This document shows, in pieces, positions 40,320 through 53,465 of a stretch of 64,000 nucleotides of DNA. Position 1 is the first letter of the stretch. Every line of letters starts with the position of its first letter. Source of the DNA: Lama guanicoe (Eukaryota); contig MU053881.1 of NCBI GenBank assembly GCA_013239625.1, positions 14,872,373 to 14,936,372 on the forward strand, read 5' to 3'. Under the pieces are notes generated by a model. That model was not told the origin of the DNA and did not search any database. It saw nothing but the letters and a program-made list of their open reading frames with translations. Position numbers and translations under genes: made by a program.

Positions 40320-40760
40320 AAAAAAAAAGTCAAGACATATAGAAAACAAATCGTAAAATGGCAGAAATAAATCCTTATCAGTAAGTACATTTAAAGTAAA
40401 AGGATTAAACTCTACACTTGAAAGGCAGAGATTGCCAGAATTGATTTTTCTTTAAAAATCTTGACCCAACAAAATTCTCTGTCTACAAGAGACTCACTTT
40501 AGATTCAAAGACAAATAGGTTGAAAGTAAATGGAGAGAAAAAGATATTCCATGCAAGTATATCCAAAAGAGAACTAGATTGACTTTACTAACATACAAAA
40601 TAGATGTTAAGACTAAAATTGTTACTCAGGATTATATAATGATAAAATTTTCAATCTAGCAGGAAGAAGTAATTATAAACATGAAATCACCTAACAACAA
40701 AGCCCCAAAATACATGAAGAAAAATGTGAGAAATTAAAAGGAGAAATAAACAATTCAACA
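40320..40760 (+). mobile_element. L1 ORF2 endonuclease-region fragment
   Basis: ttaaagtaaaaggattaaactctac...tgtctacaagagactcactttagattcaaagac (degenerate CLQETH motif), with frameshifts. Confidence 0.75.
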
Positions 40761-43034
40761 GCAATTATGGTTTACTAGAGAGGAAAGGAGTCAAAGGCTT
40801 AGGGAGATTGAAATGTAAGAGTGGATTTGTCATTTAAGGCCTACACACCTACCCTGGGAGGGGCCAAAGGACACAACTTTCATCATAACTGTGAGAAATA
40901 AATTTGTGAAGGGAACCCCAGCATCCTGGAAAAGCTCTATGATCTCTCTTCTCTGTAGACCAGAACTTAGAGCAGTAACTACTGCCACTGAATTGTGAAA
41001 CCTAAATGCAATGAGAGTAATTGAATCATGGGGTGGCCCAGGCCAAGTGGTAGCCCTCAACCATCAAAGGCAAGGTGGGTGTGGTTATTGTAATGGACAG
41101 CAGAGTCAAAGCAGCAATCAGAATAGACCCACAGAGACCTATGGCATTGGCTAGTTGATTGTGGTGTTCCTAGAAGTGAAATAGATGGGAGGTCTACTAA
41201 ATTTTTATGTGATCTGTTTAAGCAGAAAAGTTCTAGGTCAAGTGAAGGAAAGTCTAACTTGAACCATAAAAATAGAGTCATGGCCCCTCAGTCAATTCTC
41301 AGACTTGATCCAGGTCACAAACCCGGAAATTCTAATGAAGAGGAAGCTGGGTCCCCATGAAGAAGGACCGCGCTACACTACCAAAACTTTATATGTTAAT
41401 ATTTCCCCAATCTTCCCCAATGGAACCTTTGTCCTTTACCAAGGTGACTGTGTACTGGGGAAAAAGAAATAATTAGGCCTTTCAGGGATTACTGGACACT
41501 GGCTTTGAAGCAACACTAATTCCAAGAGACCCAAAACATCACTTTGGTCCATCAGTCAGAATAGGGGCTTATGGAGCTCAAGTTGTCAATGGAGTTTTAT
41601 TTGGTTCATCTCACAATGGGTCCAGTGGGTCCCTGAACCCATCCTGTGGTTATTTCCCCAGTTCTGGAATGCATAAATGGAATAGATGCACTTAGCAGCA
41701 GGCAGAATCCTCGTATTTATTCCCTGAACTGTGGAGTGAGGGCTCTTATGGTGGGAGAGGTCAAGTGAAAGCCACTAGAACTATCTCTACCTAAGAAAAT
41801 GGTAAACCAAAACCAAGACTGTATTCCTGGAGGGACTGCAGACATGAGTACCACCATAAAGGAGGGACTGCAGAGATTAGTGCCACCATCAAGGACCCGA
41901 AAGGTGCACTTGAATGCGTATCTTTATTTATCTCTGCCATTTGGCCTGTGCAGAGGACAGATGGAGCCTGGAGAATGACAATGGATTATCACAAGTTTAA
42001 CCAGGTGGTAACTCCATTTGCAGCTACCCTACCAGCTGTGGTTTTATTTCTTGAGCAAACGAACACATTCTCAGTACCTGGTATGTAGCTGGCAGATTGG
42101 CGAAGGCCTTTTTCTCCATCCTTGGCCAAGACCCATCAGAAATAGTTTTCTTTCAGCTGACAAGGCCAGCAATATACCCTCAATGCCCTACCTCAGGGCT
42201 CCATCAACTCCCCATTTCTTTATCATAATTTAGTTGGAAGGAATCTTGATCACCTTTCCCTTTCCCAAGATGTCACATTGGTCCATTATATTGGTGACAT
42301 TATGCTGATTGAGCCTAGTGAATAAGGAGTAGTAACCAGTCTGGACTGAATGCTAAGATATTTGCATGTCAGAGAGTAGAAAATGAATCCAACAAAAATT
42401 CAAGGGCCTTCTAGCTCAGTGAAATTTCTAGGGGTCCAGAGATGTGGGGCATGCCAAGGTATCCCTTCTGAGGTGGCTAAATTGTTGCATCTGGCCCCAT
42501 CTGCAACCAAGAAAGAGGCACAACGCCTCGTGGGCCTCTTTGGATTTTGGAGGCAACAGTCCTTATCTGGGTGTTTACCCAGTGACCTGAAAAATAGCTC
42601 TGTTTGAGTGGGACCCAGAACAAGAGAAGGCTCTATAACAGATCCAGGCTGCCATGCAAGCTGTTCTGCCACTTGGGCCATATGATCCAGCAGATCCAAT
42701 GGTGCTCGGAGTGTCAGTGACAGATAGAGATGCTGTCTGGAGTCTTTAGCAGCCCAGATAGGTGAATCTGCAGCACAAGCCCTTAGGATTTTGGAGCAAA
42801 GCCTGCCATTCTCTGCAGGCAAATCCTCTCCTTTTGAGAAACAGCTTTAGCACATCCTGCTCCCGGGCTTTAGTAGAAACTGAACGCTTCACCATGAGCC
42901 ACCAAGTTACCATGGGATCTGAGCTGCCCATCATGAACTGGGTATTGTCTGACCCATCAACCCATAAAAGTGGATGTGACAGCAGCACTCCATCATCAAT
43001 GGAAGGAGTATATCTACAAGATAAGGCCCAACTA

Positions 43035-43152
43035 AGAGAAGAAGGAGAAGAAGGAGAGGGAGAGGGAGGAGGAGGAAGAGAAGGAGGAAAAGGAGAAGAA
43101 GAAGAAGGAGGAGGAGAAGGAAAAGGAGGAAGAGGAGGGGGAGAAGAAGGAA
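43035..43152. repeat. Polypurine (GAA/GGA) repeat inside ERV-L pol
   Basis: About 115 nt of only G and A: gagaagaaggagaagaaggagagggagagggaggaggaggaag... Confidence 0.9.
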
Positions 43153-44856
43153 GCAGGGGGATGATGATCAAGTCCAAGCAGACCCTGAAGGCACAAGTAA
43201 GTTACCTGAAAAAGTGCTCCAAATGCCCACAGACCCCACTTCTGTTACACTGTCTTCTCTCTCCCAGCCTGTGCCTATGGCCTCATGTGGCATTTCCTAT
43301 GATCAGTTTCCAGAGGAAAAGTAATCTTGGGCCTGGATTACAGGTGGTTCTGCATGATATGCAGGCACCACGAAGAGTAGATGGCTGCAAAGCTACAGCT
43401 GCTCTCTGTGACAGCCCTGAAGGGCAGCAGTGAAGAGAAGTCCTCCCCAAGGACAGAACTTCAACTGGCACACTTAGTTGTTCATTTTGCTTGGAAGGAG
43501 CAATGGCCAAATATGTGATTATACACCGATTCCTGGGCTGTGGCCAATAGTTTGGTTGGATGGTCAGGGACTTGGATGGAACATGATTGGAAAATTAGGG
43601 ACAAGGAAGTCTGGGGAAGAGGTATGTGGATAGACGTCTCTGAATGGGGGCGAAATGTGAAGATACTTGTGTCCCAGGTGAATATTCACCAAAGGGTGAA
43701 CTCAACAGAGAAGGATTTTAATACTCAAGTGGACAGGATGACACATTCTGTGAACACCAGTCAACCTCTTTCCCCAGACACTCCTGTCACCACCCAACAG
43801 ACCACACACGAACAAGTGGCCATGGTGGCAGAAATGGAGATTATGATGGGTTCAGCAACATGGACTTCCATTCACTAAGGCCAGCCTGGCTATGACCACT
43901 GCTGGCCAATCTACCGACAACAGAGATCAACACTGAGCCCCAATATGGCACCATTCCCTGGGGTGAACAGCCAGCTGCCTGATGGCAGGTTGATTACTTT
44001 GGACCACCTACATCATGGAAGAAGCAGCATTTTGTTCTCACTGGAATAGACACTTACTCTGGATGTGGAATTGCCTTCTCTGCCCGTAACGCTTCTACCT
44101 AAACTGCCATGTGGACTTACAGAATGCCCTAGTCACCATCATGGTACTCCACACAGCATTCTTATGATCAAGGAACTCCTTTCACTGCAAATGAAATATG
44201 GCAATGAATTCACTGGTCTTACCACGTTCTCCATCATCCTAAAGCAGCTGCTTTGAAAGAGCAGTTGAATGGCCATTTGAAGACTCAGTTACAGTGCAGG
44301 CAATGTGGCAGTACCTTGCAGGGCTGAAGCATGGCTCTCCAGGAGACTGAATGTGCTCTGTATCTGATACATGGTGCTGTTTCTTCAATAGCCGGGATTT
44401 ATGAATCTAGGAATCAAGGTGATATGGGAGTGGCACCTTTCACTGTTACCATTAGCAACCCCTAGCAAAATTTTTGCTTCCTGCCCCCGTGACGTTATGC
44501 TCTACTGACCTAGAGGTCTTCATCACAAAGGGAGGACTGCTTAGACGAAGAGAGACAACAGTGATTCCCTTGAACTGGCAGTTAAGACAGCCACCTGGCC
44601 TCTTTGGGTTCTTCGTGCCTCTGAATCAACAGGCAAAGAAGGGAGTTACTGTGCTGGCTGAGGTGATGGATCCTGACGACCAAGGGGAAAATTGGCCTGC
44701 TATTCCACAATGGAGGTAAGAAAGAGCATGTCTGGACCACAGGAAATCCCTGAAGGCATCTCTTAGTATTACAATGGACCTGTGATTAAGGTCCATGGGA
44801 AACTGTTCAGTCGGGACTTACTAATGGCCCAGACCCTTCAGGAATGAAGGTTTGGT

Positions 44857-44993
44857 GGGAGAGGGTAGACCTCAGTGGTAGAGCATGTGCTTAGCATGCA
44901 TGCGGTCATGGGTTCAATCCCCAAGACCTCCATCAAAATAATAAATAAGTAAATAACTAAATAAATCTAATTACCTCTCTCTCCCCTAAAAAA
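44857..44993 (+). mobile_element. tRNA-derived SINE (camelid Vic-1-like) inserted in ERV-L
   Basis: A-box ctcagtggtagag, B-box gggttcaatccc, AT-rich tail with ctaattacct; TSD aggaatgaag(g/t)ttt on both sides. Confidence 0.8.
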
Positions 44994-45507
44994 AGGAATG
45001 AAGTTTTGCATCATCCTATCAAGTAAAGAACTATGACCACTTGGGTGCTTGCTGAGAGCAAAGAGAATATGGAACCAGTGGTAGAAGAAGGCAGTTAATA
45101 ATACCAGCTATGACCACATGACCAGATACAGAAGTGAGGACTGAAACACTCACGAGTATTTCTTTCTCTTTTTTTCACTATGAATTTGTATGTAAGATCT
45201 AAATAGCCGATATCTTTGTTTTCTTCCTTCTCTTATCACGTAATGTCAGATGTATTGACTTTACAGCACAGTATTTAAGTGTCATTAGCATCACGTCAAA
45301 TATTTAACTTACAGGATAAATCAAGGACAAAAGTAAACATCACCCAAAGACTTTGCATTCTCCTCTGGAGAAAGGGTTAGTACATTTTCATTGTACACAG
45401 GAAAGTTGTATCGTCTGAGGCACGGTCATCACCTGCTTAGTGTCTTTATTGGGAAATTAAGTGTGGGTGAAGATGTGTATGATTGCCAAGTTGACCTGGG
45501 GTGGACT

Positions 45508-45625
45508 TGTGATTGTTAATTTGGGGTATCAACTTCACTAGGCCATGGTACCCAATATTTGGCCAAACATTTTTCTAGATGTTTCTATGAAGGTGTTTTT
45601 AAGATGAGATTAACATTTAAATAAG
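45508..45625 (+). mobile_element. 5' part of the MLT2-type 3' LTR of the ERV-L
   Basis: PPT-like ggggtggact, then tgtgattgttaattt...caaacatttttctagatgtttctatgaaggtgtttttaagatgagattaacattt. Confidence 0.75.
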
Positions 45626-45865
45626 TCAGGCCAAGAAGGACAAATACTACATGATTCCACTCATATGAGGTACCGAGTGGGCAAATTCAGAAAGACAGGA
45701 AATAGAATGGTAGTGGCCAGGATATGGAGGAGAGGAATTGCGACAGGTATGGGGTTTCTTTCGGGGATAATGGAAATGTTCTGGAATGAGATAGTGGTGA
45801 TGGTTGCACAACATTGTGAATATACTAAAATTCAGTGCATTGTCTATTTTAAAAAGATGAATTTT

Positions 45866-46010
45866 GGGGGTAGAGTATAGGTCAAGTGGTAGAGCTTGTG
45901 CTTAGCATGCATATGGTTCTGGATTCAATCCCCAGGACCTCCTCTAAGAATAAATAAACAAACAAACCTAATTACCTTCCCTCACCAAAATCAAAAACAA
46001 AACATAAAAT
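45866..46010 (+). mobile_element. Vic-1-like SINE nested in an L1M 3' fragment (about 45626-46050)
   Basis: tRNA-like head, tail ctaattacc; TSD aaa(a/g)gatgaatttt. Confidence 0.75.
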
Positions 46011-46069
46011 AAAAGGATGAATTTTATGTCATGGGGTTTCATCTTGATTTAAAAGTTGCCCCTCCAAAT

Positions 46070-47105
46070 CAATATTTTGGAAGTTTAAAATACATCCTCA
46101 AATCCTTTGACACTTTTTTCCGATTGCCCTCCCCTTGAGTGTAATTGAAGCTAATGAACAGAAGGTGAAACAGAAGGTGATAGAAGTAACTGCACGACAC
46201 TAGAGGAACGCGGGCTTCTGCCTTGCCCTCTCCTGGTCACTCACTCAAGGGGACACAAGCTACCATGTCAGGAGGACACTCAAACATTGTTACGGGGAAG
46301 CCTCCAGAGAAAGGAACTAAGACCTCTCACCATCAGCCAGCACCTGCTGCCACTCATGTGTGAGCCACGTTGACTGTGGACCCTGCAGCTCTAGAAGAAT
46401 TTCCACTACCTCCAGCTCTAGCCAACATCTTGACCACAACCTCCTGAGAGACCCTGAGTCAGAACCACATGGCCAAGCCACTCCCTAATTCCTGACCTAC
46501 AGAAATTATGAGATAACAAGCGTTTATTGTTTTAAACTACTGACTTTTTTTGTAATTGAAGCATAGTCAGTTTACAATGTGCCAATTTTTGTTGTACAGC
46601 ATAATGTTTCAGTTATACATATACCTACATATATGTGTTTTCATATTCTTTTTCATTACAGGTTACTACAAGATATTGAATACAGTTCCCTGTGCTATAT
46701 AGAAGAAATTTGGGAGTTTTAAATGTATTTTATATATAGTAGTTGATACTTGCAAATCTCAAACTCCCAGTTTACACTTTCCCACTCCCTTCCCCAACCT
46801 CCCTGTAATCATAAGATTGTTTATGGCATCTGTGAGTCTGTTTCTGTTTTGTAGGTGAGGTCATTAGTGTCTTCTTTTTTTTCTTTTTTTAGATTCCACA
46901 TGGGAGTGATAAAATATGGTATTTTTCTTTCTTTTTCTGGCTTACTTCGCTTAGAATGATAATCTCCAGGCCTATCCAAGTTGTTGCAAATGGCACTATT
47001 TTATTCTTTTTTATGGCTGAGTAGTATTCCATTGTATAAATACACTACAGCTTCTTAAACTAATTGTGGGTATAATTTGTTACACATCAATGGATAACTG
47101 ATACA
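46070..47105 (+). mobile_element. MLT1 (MaLR) LTR interrupted by an antisense L1 3' end (about 46545-47053)
   Basis: MLT1 motifs gagagaccctgagtcagaaccac...cctacagaaattatgagataa resume after the L1 as taatttgttacac...ataactgataca. Confidence 0.7.
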
Positions 47106-48269
47106 AACATCCAAGATGTTTAATTGCAGGCTGGTTGCTAAGAACAAAAGATTGAAAACAACTTAGGTGCCCTGCATTAGTAGGAAATGACTTGTCCCAA
47201 CCTCAGATTGGGTTGTCACACCCCTAATGGCAGGGCAACCTCAACTATCATGGGCTGGGAGATATTCTGGTTGAGATGCCTCAGGAGGGAGCCCAGCCTC
47301 AGAACGTGGTCTGGAGCAGCTAAGCCCCAGGCCCTCCTAGTGCACGTCGGTTCTCCAGCTTTGCTAAAGACACAGTAGCCAGAATTCCAGACACATGCCT
47401 TATCTTTCTTTTCCCTGTCACCCCAAGAACTTCCTTTCCCTTCCTCTGATAGAGTCTTCTTCATGGCCAGCATTGATCATAACTGTGATTAAATTATCAC
47501 CCATGTGATTCTTTGTCTAATGTACATCATTTTGTGTAGAGGATGCTGTGGGCACCCTTCCTGGATCTCCTTTACTGCCTGGTGCATTTGTACCCCCAGC
47601 TGCTGCAACTATTGTCTGCTAATGGCTCACAGCCACCCCTGGTGAATTTCCCTCATCCAAACTGCCTCACCAGGGTGGTATGCCCCCCAGCACAAACAGA
47701 CCTTAGGGAGGTCCATACCAAAAATGGATTGGCATGGGAAACCAGAGGCTGAACCCCTGGCATCAAAATGGGATCAACTCTGATGCTGGTCATGCTTTAG
47801 GGTCCCCCTACCCAGAGCAATGGAGGCTTGATTCCAGGTGAGCCCACTTCCTTGCCTGCTCCTTCCCTAACTGGTCCTGCATCCCTCGCTCCCTCACGAG
47901 TTTCCCCCAGACTCACACAACTTTTACCCCCATCTCAGGCTTCTAGAGAACCCAACCCAAGCCAGGGTAGAAGTCAGCTCTCTGAAGGTTGGAACTGGAT
48001 CTGGTGCAATGCTGGGCACACAGTAGTTGCTCAGTAAATGTTTCTGTGGCCAAGCCATAAGCCCACATTACTACCTGGGGAGAATGTGGAGGAGTTCTAT
48101 TACCCATGTTCATAAGAGAGGCTGACCAAAAAGGTTCACCACATTTTGTCAAAATCTTCCATCCCCAGTCATCTTTACCACATTCCTCCTGCAAACTCAA
48201 GATCCATCAACACTTTCATGTGCTCTGAGCATATGGAGGCCAAGGACTTGTCAGAAAAGAAGACACATT

Positions 48270-49510
48270 GATCTGTTTGCTTCCTTTGTTGCTTGTGCTT
48301 TTGGTGTCATTTCCAAGAAACCATTGTTAATACAAGGTCATGGAGATTAACCCCCAAGTTTTCTTCTAAAAGTAGTATGATTTTAGCTCTTATGCCTAGG
48401 TGTTTGATCCATTTTGAGTTAATTTTTGTGTATGGTATGAGGTAAGGGTCCAACTTCATTTGTTTGCATGTGGATATCCAATTATTCTAGTACCTTTTGC
48501 TAAAGAGACTATTCCTTCCCCATTGAATGGTCATGGCACCTATTGTGAACTGAATGTTTGTGTCCCCGCTAGATTCATATGTTGAAGTCCTAACCCACAA
48601 TGTGATGGTATTAGGAAGTGGGACCTTTGGGAGGTGATTAGAGTTTAATGAGGTCATGAGGATGGGGTCCTAATAATGAGATTAGTACCCTTATAATTCT
48701 CTCTCTTTCTTTGTCTCTCTCGGTCTTTCTGCCATGTGAGGACACAGCAAGAAGGCAGCCCTTCACAGACCAGGAAGAGAGCTCTCACCAGGAACCGAAT
48801 TGGCTGGCATCTTGATCTTGGACTTCCAGAACTGTGAAAAATAAATGTCTGTTGTATGAGCCACTCAATGTGTGGAATTTTGTTACAGCCGCCCAAGCAG
48901 ACTAAGAGAGCGCCCTCGTTAAAAATCAATTGATTATGAATGTAAGGCTTTATTTCTGGATTCCCAATTCTATTCCATAGATATATTTGTCTATCCTAAT
49001 GCTAGTACCATGCTGTCTTGATTACTGTGGCTTTGGATTAATTTTCAAAATCGGAAAGGGTGGTCTTCCAACTCTGTTCTTCTTTTTCAAGCTTGTTTTG
49101 GGGGAGAAATGTCTGTTCAAGTTCTTTGCTCTTTTTAAATTGAGTTATTTATATATTTTTACTGTTTAGTTGTAAGAGTTCTTTTTATATTCTGGATACA
49201 AGTCCCTTATCAGATAGATGATTTGCACGTGTTTTCTCCCAGTCTGCAGGTTGTCTTTTTCACTTTCTTGATGATATCATTTGGGGCACAGAAGTTTTTC
49301 ATTATGATGAAGTCTAAATCATCTGTTTTTCCTTTAGTTGCCTGTGCTTTTGCCGTCATTGCTAAGTAACCGTTGTCTATTCTAAGGTCGCAGATTGATT
49401 CCTGTATATGGTAGGGGTCCAACTTCATTCTTTCACGTGTAGATATCCAGTTGTCCCAGCACCATTTGTTGAAAAGACTGTTCTTTCCCACTGAATTGTC
49501 TTGACACCCT
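48270..49510 (-). mobile_element. L1 ORF2 fragments with a nested MLT1A/MST-like LTR (about 48541-48907, +)
   Basis: ORF 49210-49491 reads GKNSLFNKWCWDNWIS...KLDPY (L1 ORF2). LTR: tgaatgtttgtgtcccc...tttgttacagccgcccaagcagactaaga. Confidence 0.8.
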
Positions 49511-49514
49511 TGTA

Positions 49515-49770
49515 AATGCTTTTTTTAGTATGTGTATGTGCCATGCAGTATTTGGGACAAACTTAGGGTAAAACATTTTCATATGTTTATCCGAAATTCG
49601 AGTTTACCTGGGTGTCCCGCATTTGTATTTGCTGAATCTGGCAACTCTATACTGGCATCTAGTGGGTAGAGACTAGGGATGCTACTAAACTTCGTATGAC
49701 ACTCAGGACAGCCCTCCTGAAAACAAAGTCTTACGCAAAATGTCAATCGTACTGAGCCTGAGAAATCCTG
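49515..49770. mobile_element. Short hAT-Charlie MITE fragments (MER33/MER20-like)
   Basis: tatttgctgaatctggcaactcta and ctggcatctagtgggtagagactagggatgctactaaac...gagaaatcctg. Confidence 0.55.
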
Positions 49771-50263
49771 GTGTGAAATAAACACAAGGATAGCATCACT
49801 TGACAACCAGCACCCCAGCAACTCTGAGAGTAGGTGACATCAGCCCATTTTCCAGGATTGGAAACTGAAGCTCAGAGCAAGTAAGGCAAACTCAGGGGGC
49901 AGTGGGAGTGGAATTCACTTAGCTTCTTTTTAAAAATCATCCAGGAGAATTTGTCCCAGAAGAGAGAAAGGGGCTTGTGAAAGGGACCTGGGCTACCCAC
50001 TATGGGTGTAGGCATCTCAGATCAATCTCCGTGGATCCCACCCTCCACCCCTGCCAAACACTTAGTCTGAGAAAATGTTAAGGCATTTGCACCTTAACAC
50101 TACTCCAGGGGCTTCTTTAGGATGTCACGTGGAGAGGATGAGAAATAAAATAATGCTTGGTCTGGCCACAGTCTCATCTCTGGAGGGTCTGGAGTCACTT
50201 TTGTTTACTTGGTTGTTAGTGATTTTTTAAAACCTACCAAGCAGTCATTAACATTCACCCTCT

Positions 50264-50660
50264 CTAGTGGGTTGAATTGTGTTCCTCCAAAAGATATGTC
50301 CAAGTCCCAACCTCCAGAACCTATGAATGTGATCTCATTTGGAAAAAGGATCCTTGCCGATGTAATTAAATAAAAGATCTCAAGATGACATCATTATGGA
50401 TTTAGGGTGAGCACTAAATCCAATGACAGGTGTCCTATAAGACACAGAAGATGAGAAACATAGAGGAGACCGTGTAATGATGGAGGCAGAGATCAGAGTG
50501 ATGCAACCACAAGCCAAGAAATGTCTGGAGCCCCCAGAAGCTGAAAGAGGGAAAGAAAGATCCTTCCCTAGGACCTCCAGAGGGAGCATGGCTCTGCCAA
50601 CAACTTGATCCTGGACTTCTGGCCCCCAGAACTGTCAGAGAATAAATTCCTGTTGTTTTC
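50264..50660 (+). mobile_element. MLT1 LTR
   Basis: gtgggttgaattgtgttcctccaaaagatatgtcc...ggacttctggcccccagaactgtcagagaataaattcctgttgtttt. Confidence 0.8.
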
Positions 50661-51250
50661 CCAAGAAAAGAGATACATGGACATGTACTGCAATGCTCGT
50701 AGCAGCACTATTTACATTAGCCAAGACATGGAAGCAACCTAAATGTCCACCAACAGATGACTGGATAAAGAAGTTGTGGTATATATATACAATGGAATAC
50801 TACTCAGCCATAAAAAAGAACAAAATAATGCCATTTGCAGCAACATGGATGGACCCAGTGAAGTAAGCCAGAAAGAGAAAGAAAAATACCATATGATATC
50901 ACTTATATGTGGAATTATAAAAAACCAAACAAAATTATTTACAAAACAGAAACAGACTCATAGACATAGAAAATAAACTTACGGTTACCAGAGGTGGTGG
51001 GGGAGGGGCTGGGAAGGGATAAATTAGGAGTCTGAGATTTTCAGATACCAACTACTATATATAAAAATAGAGAAACAAGAAGTTTATACTGTATGGCACA
51101 GGGAACTATATTCAATATGTTGTAGTAAATTATGGTGAAAATAATATGAAAATGAATATATGTATGTTCCTATAGGACTGAAACATTGTGCTGTACACCA
51201 GAAACTGACACACTGTAAACTGACTATATTTCAAAAAATATTAAAAATAA
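50661..51250 (+). mobile_element. L1 3' end
   Basis: agcagcactatttacattagccaagacatggaagcaacctaaatgtcc...gctgtacaccagaaactgacacactgtaaactgactat. Confidence 0.8.
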
Positions 51251-52869
51251 TAACGGTGATGATGGTTACACAACATTTCGTTAATGTCCGTAATGCCACT
51301 GAATGGTACAGATAAAATGGCAGATTTTATGTTACATATATTTTTCCACCAAAAAAAATCTAAAAGGATAAAATTCAATTAAAAAGAAAAATACAACGCA
51401 TGGCTGTGTTCTAACCATGAAGGATAGACTGTTGATGAGTTTGTGGTAATGAAAGCAGGTCTGGATTTACATCCCCACCCTGCTGATTGCTGTGTGACCT
51501 CTCTCAAATGTCTTGGCCTCTCTGTGCCTCACCTGTGAAATGGAATTCTAGTGGCCCCAACACCCCATAGTGTCTTACTTGGCAGGCATAGGGCAGTAGC
51601 CAGCCAGCAATTATCAAGTCAGCTCTTTATAGATGCTCAATGTTCTTTACTTTGTCTACATTTTAACAATTCATTATTGGCATTTAAAAAAACAAAACAA
51701 AAAATTATTTCAGACCATGCCAAAGTCCCCTCAGGGCCTCCACCACAGGCACATGTCTCTCTCTCAGCCTAGTCTGGGTCCCAGGTAGATCTCTGCCAAT
51801 CCCAGTCCTGTCCCCCTCAGTGACTTAACTTAGCCTGGCTTGCACCCCTGAATTCACCCTCCAGTTCTGAATCCACAACTCTGCCCCCACATCCTAATCC
51901 AGCCTTCCTTGAGTTCCATGCCAGCCTCCAAGTCCAGGAAAACGGAATTCTTTTCTCGTACCAAGAGAGGTCCCTCTAGGGTAAGCAGCAGCCATGGCTG
52001 CTGTAGGGAAATTCCATGACTTTGGAAAAAAGGACATTTAGAATCTTAGCTTTCCCCCAGCCCAGTCGCTTTGAAACCTCATCTGTCGGGCTCCTGGCTC
52101 CCACAGAAGTGGCCCTCTCCAGCCATGCCCTTGCTGAGATGTAGCCAGCTCAGGCTGACTGTGGACTCCATTTGGGGCTCCCTCCAGGAACAGTGGGTGC
52201 TTGTGGGTTTCTAGGGGCCCCCTCATGGTCTGATTCTTGCTTCAAAGGGACCCCTTGTGGGATGTGGATGTGTGGCCAAAGCCCCGGCGATGCTGGTGGG
52301 GAAAGAAAAATAGGCGTGTGTGTATGTTTTATAGCCTTCCTCCACTCTCTGAACGGCGTCTTTGAAGGTGATGATGGGTCACAGCAGGCCTTGGATTGGG
52401 GGGACAGCGGGCAGCTACCTTGATTCTAACTCAACCACAGGTTGCTTTTTTGGGGGATATGCTGTGGGGTGTCTGGAGAGGTGGGTTTTGGTCTGGCCTC
52501 AAAGCTCCAGTTCCCAAAGAGACTCAAGGCTGCTATTGTGAGAGGCGAGGCGCCGAGGAAGCAGTCAGTCCCAAGGGACCCCCTTCTATTCCCATACCAG
52601 GCTGCACGCTGGGCTATATTTTGGGTGGAATTTCACTGCAGCTGTTTTAGAAGGTGTTGAGATGGGAAACCGAATAATACCTCCCAGTGAGCCCCGACCC
52701 AAGTCACTCTCCCCACTTCACAGAGAGCTGTGTGGCCTCTTGCAGCAGGGAGATGGCCGATAAGCAAAAGTCATCAGAAATTAGTAACTGGGGTGGTGGG
52801 TTCAAAGGTGACAAAACGATAAAAAGGAGAATGGACCACATCACACACACCAGTAGGGCCACCATCCAG

Positions 52870-53385
52870 AATGGAAAGCAGTGTCTCAAAGAGGTGTGTG
52901 TACCCATGTCCACAGCAGCACTAGTCACCATCGCCAAGAGATGGAAACAACCCAAGTGTCCATCAGATGATGAACGAATAAACGGAAGGAAGTGCCTACT
53001 TGTGGTGGAATATTACTCAGTCATGAAGAAGAATGAAGCTCTGACACATGCTACAACATGATGAACCTTGAAAGCATCACGTCCAGGGAAAGAATCCAGA
53101 CAGGAAAGGCCACACAGCATATGATCCCATTTCTATGAAATGTCCAAAAAGGCAAGTACACAGAGACAGAAAGCAGATTAGTGATTATAGAGGCTGAGGG
53201 AGAGAGGATGGGAAGTGATTGCTTAGTAGGGACAGGGTTTCCTTTTGAAAGTATTCTGGAACTAGACAGATGTGATTGTTACACAAGAAGTGAATGTACT
53301 CAAGGGCACTGAATTGTCACTTTAAAGTGGTCAAAATGGTAAGTTCCGTGTTGTATGTATTTTACCACAAAAAAGGAAAAAAGAA
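52870..53385 (+). mobile_element. L1MB-like 3' fragment
   Basis: gccaagagatggaaacaacccaagtgtccatc...gtattttaccacaaaaaa. Confidence 0.75.
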
Positions 53386-53465
53386 AAGAAAGGAACCTGT
53401 CTCAGCCTCCTCTTGACTTAGGACCCAACCCTCACCCATCAAATGGAGCAAAATCAAATCCTTCC

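Larger units (their letters stand above)
40765..45507 (+). mobile_element. ERV-L internal region (partial gag, protease, RT, RNase H, integrase, dUTPase), degraded and 5'-truncated
   Basis: Protease LLDTG (41489-41503); RT WRMTMDYHKFN (about 41970) and LVHYIGD (YIDD mutated, 42287-42298); SVKFLGVQ; RNase H YTDSWAVANSLVGWSGTW (about 43520); integrase WQVDYFGPP (about 43983); dUTPase IPLNWQLRQPPGLFG...GVTVLAEVMDPD (ORF 44474-44719); many stops and frameshifts. Confidence 0.9.

Noticed and set aside
42383..44719. ERV-L-derived ORFs as a domesticated gene (Fv1-like or dUTPase)
   Set aside because: Short, frameshifted, stop-interrupted fragments with a mutated RT catalytic motif.
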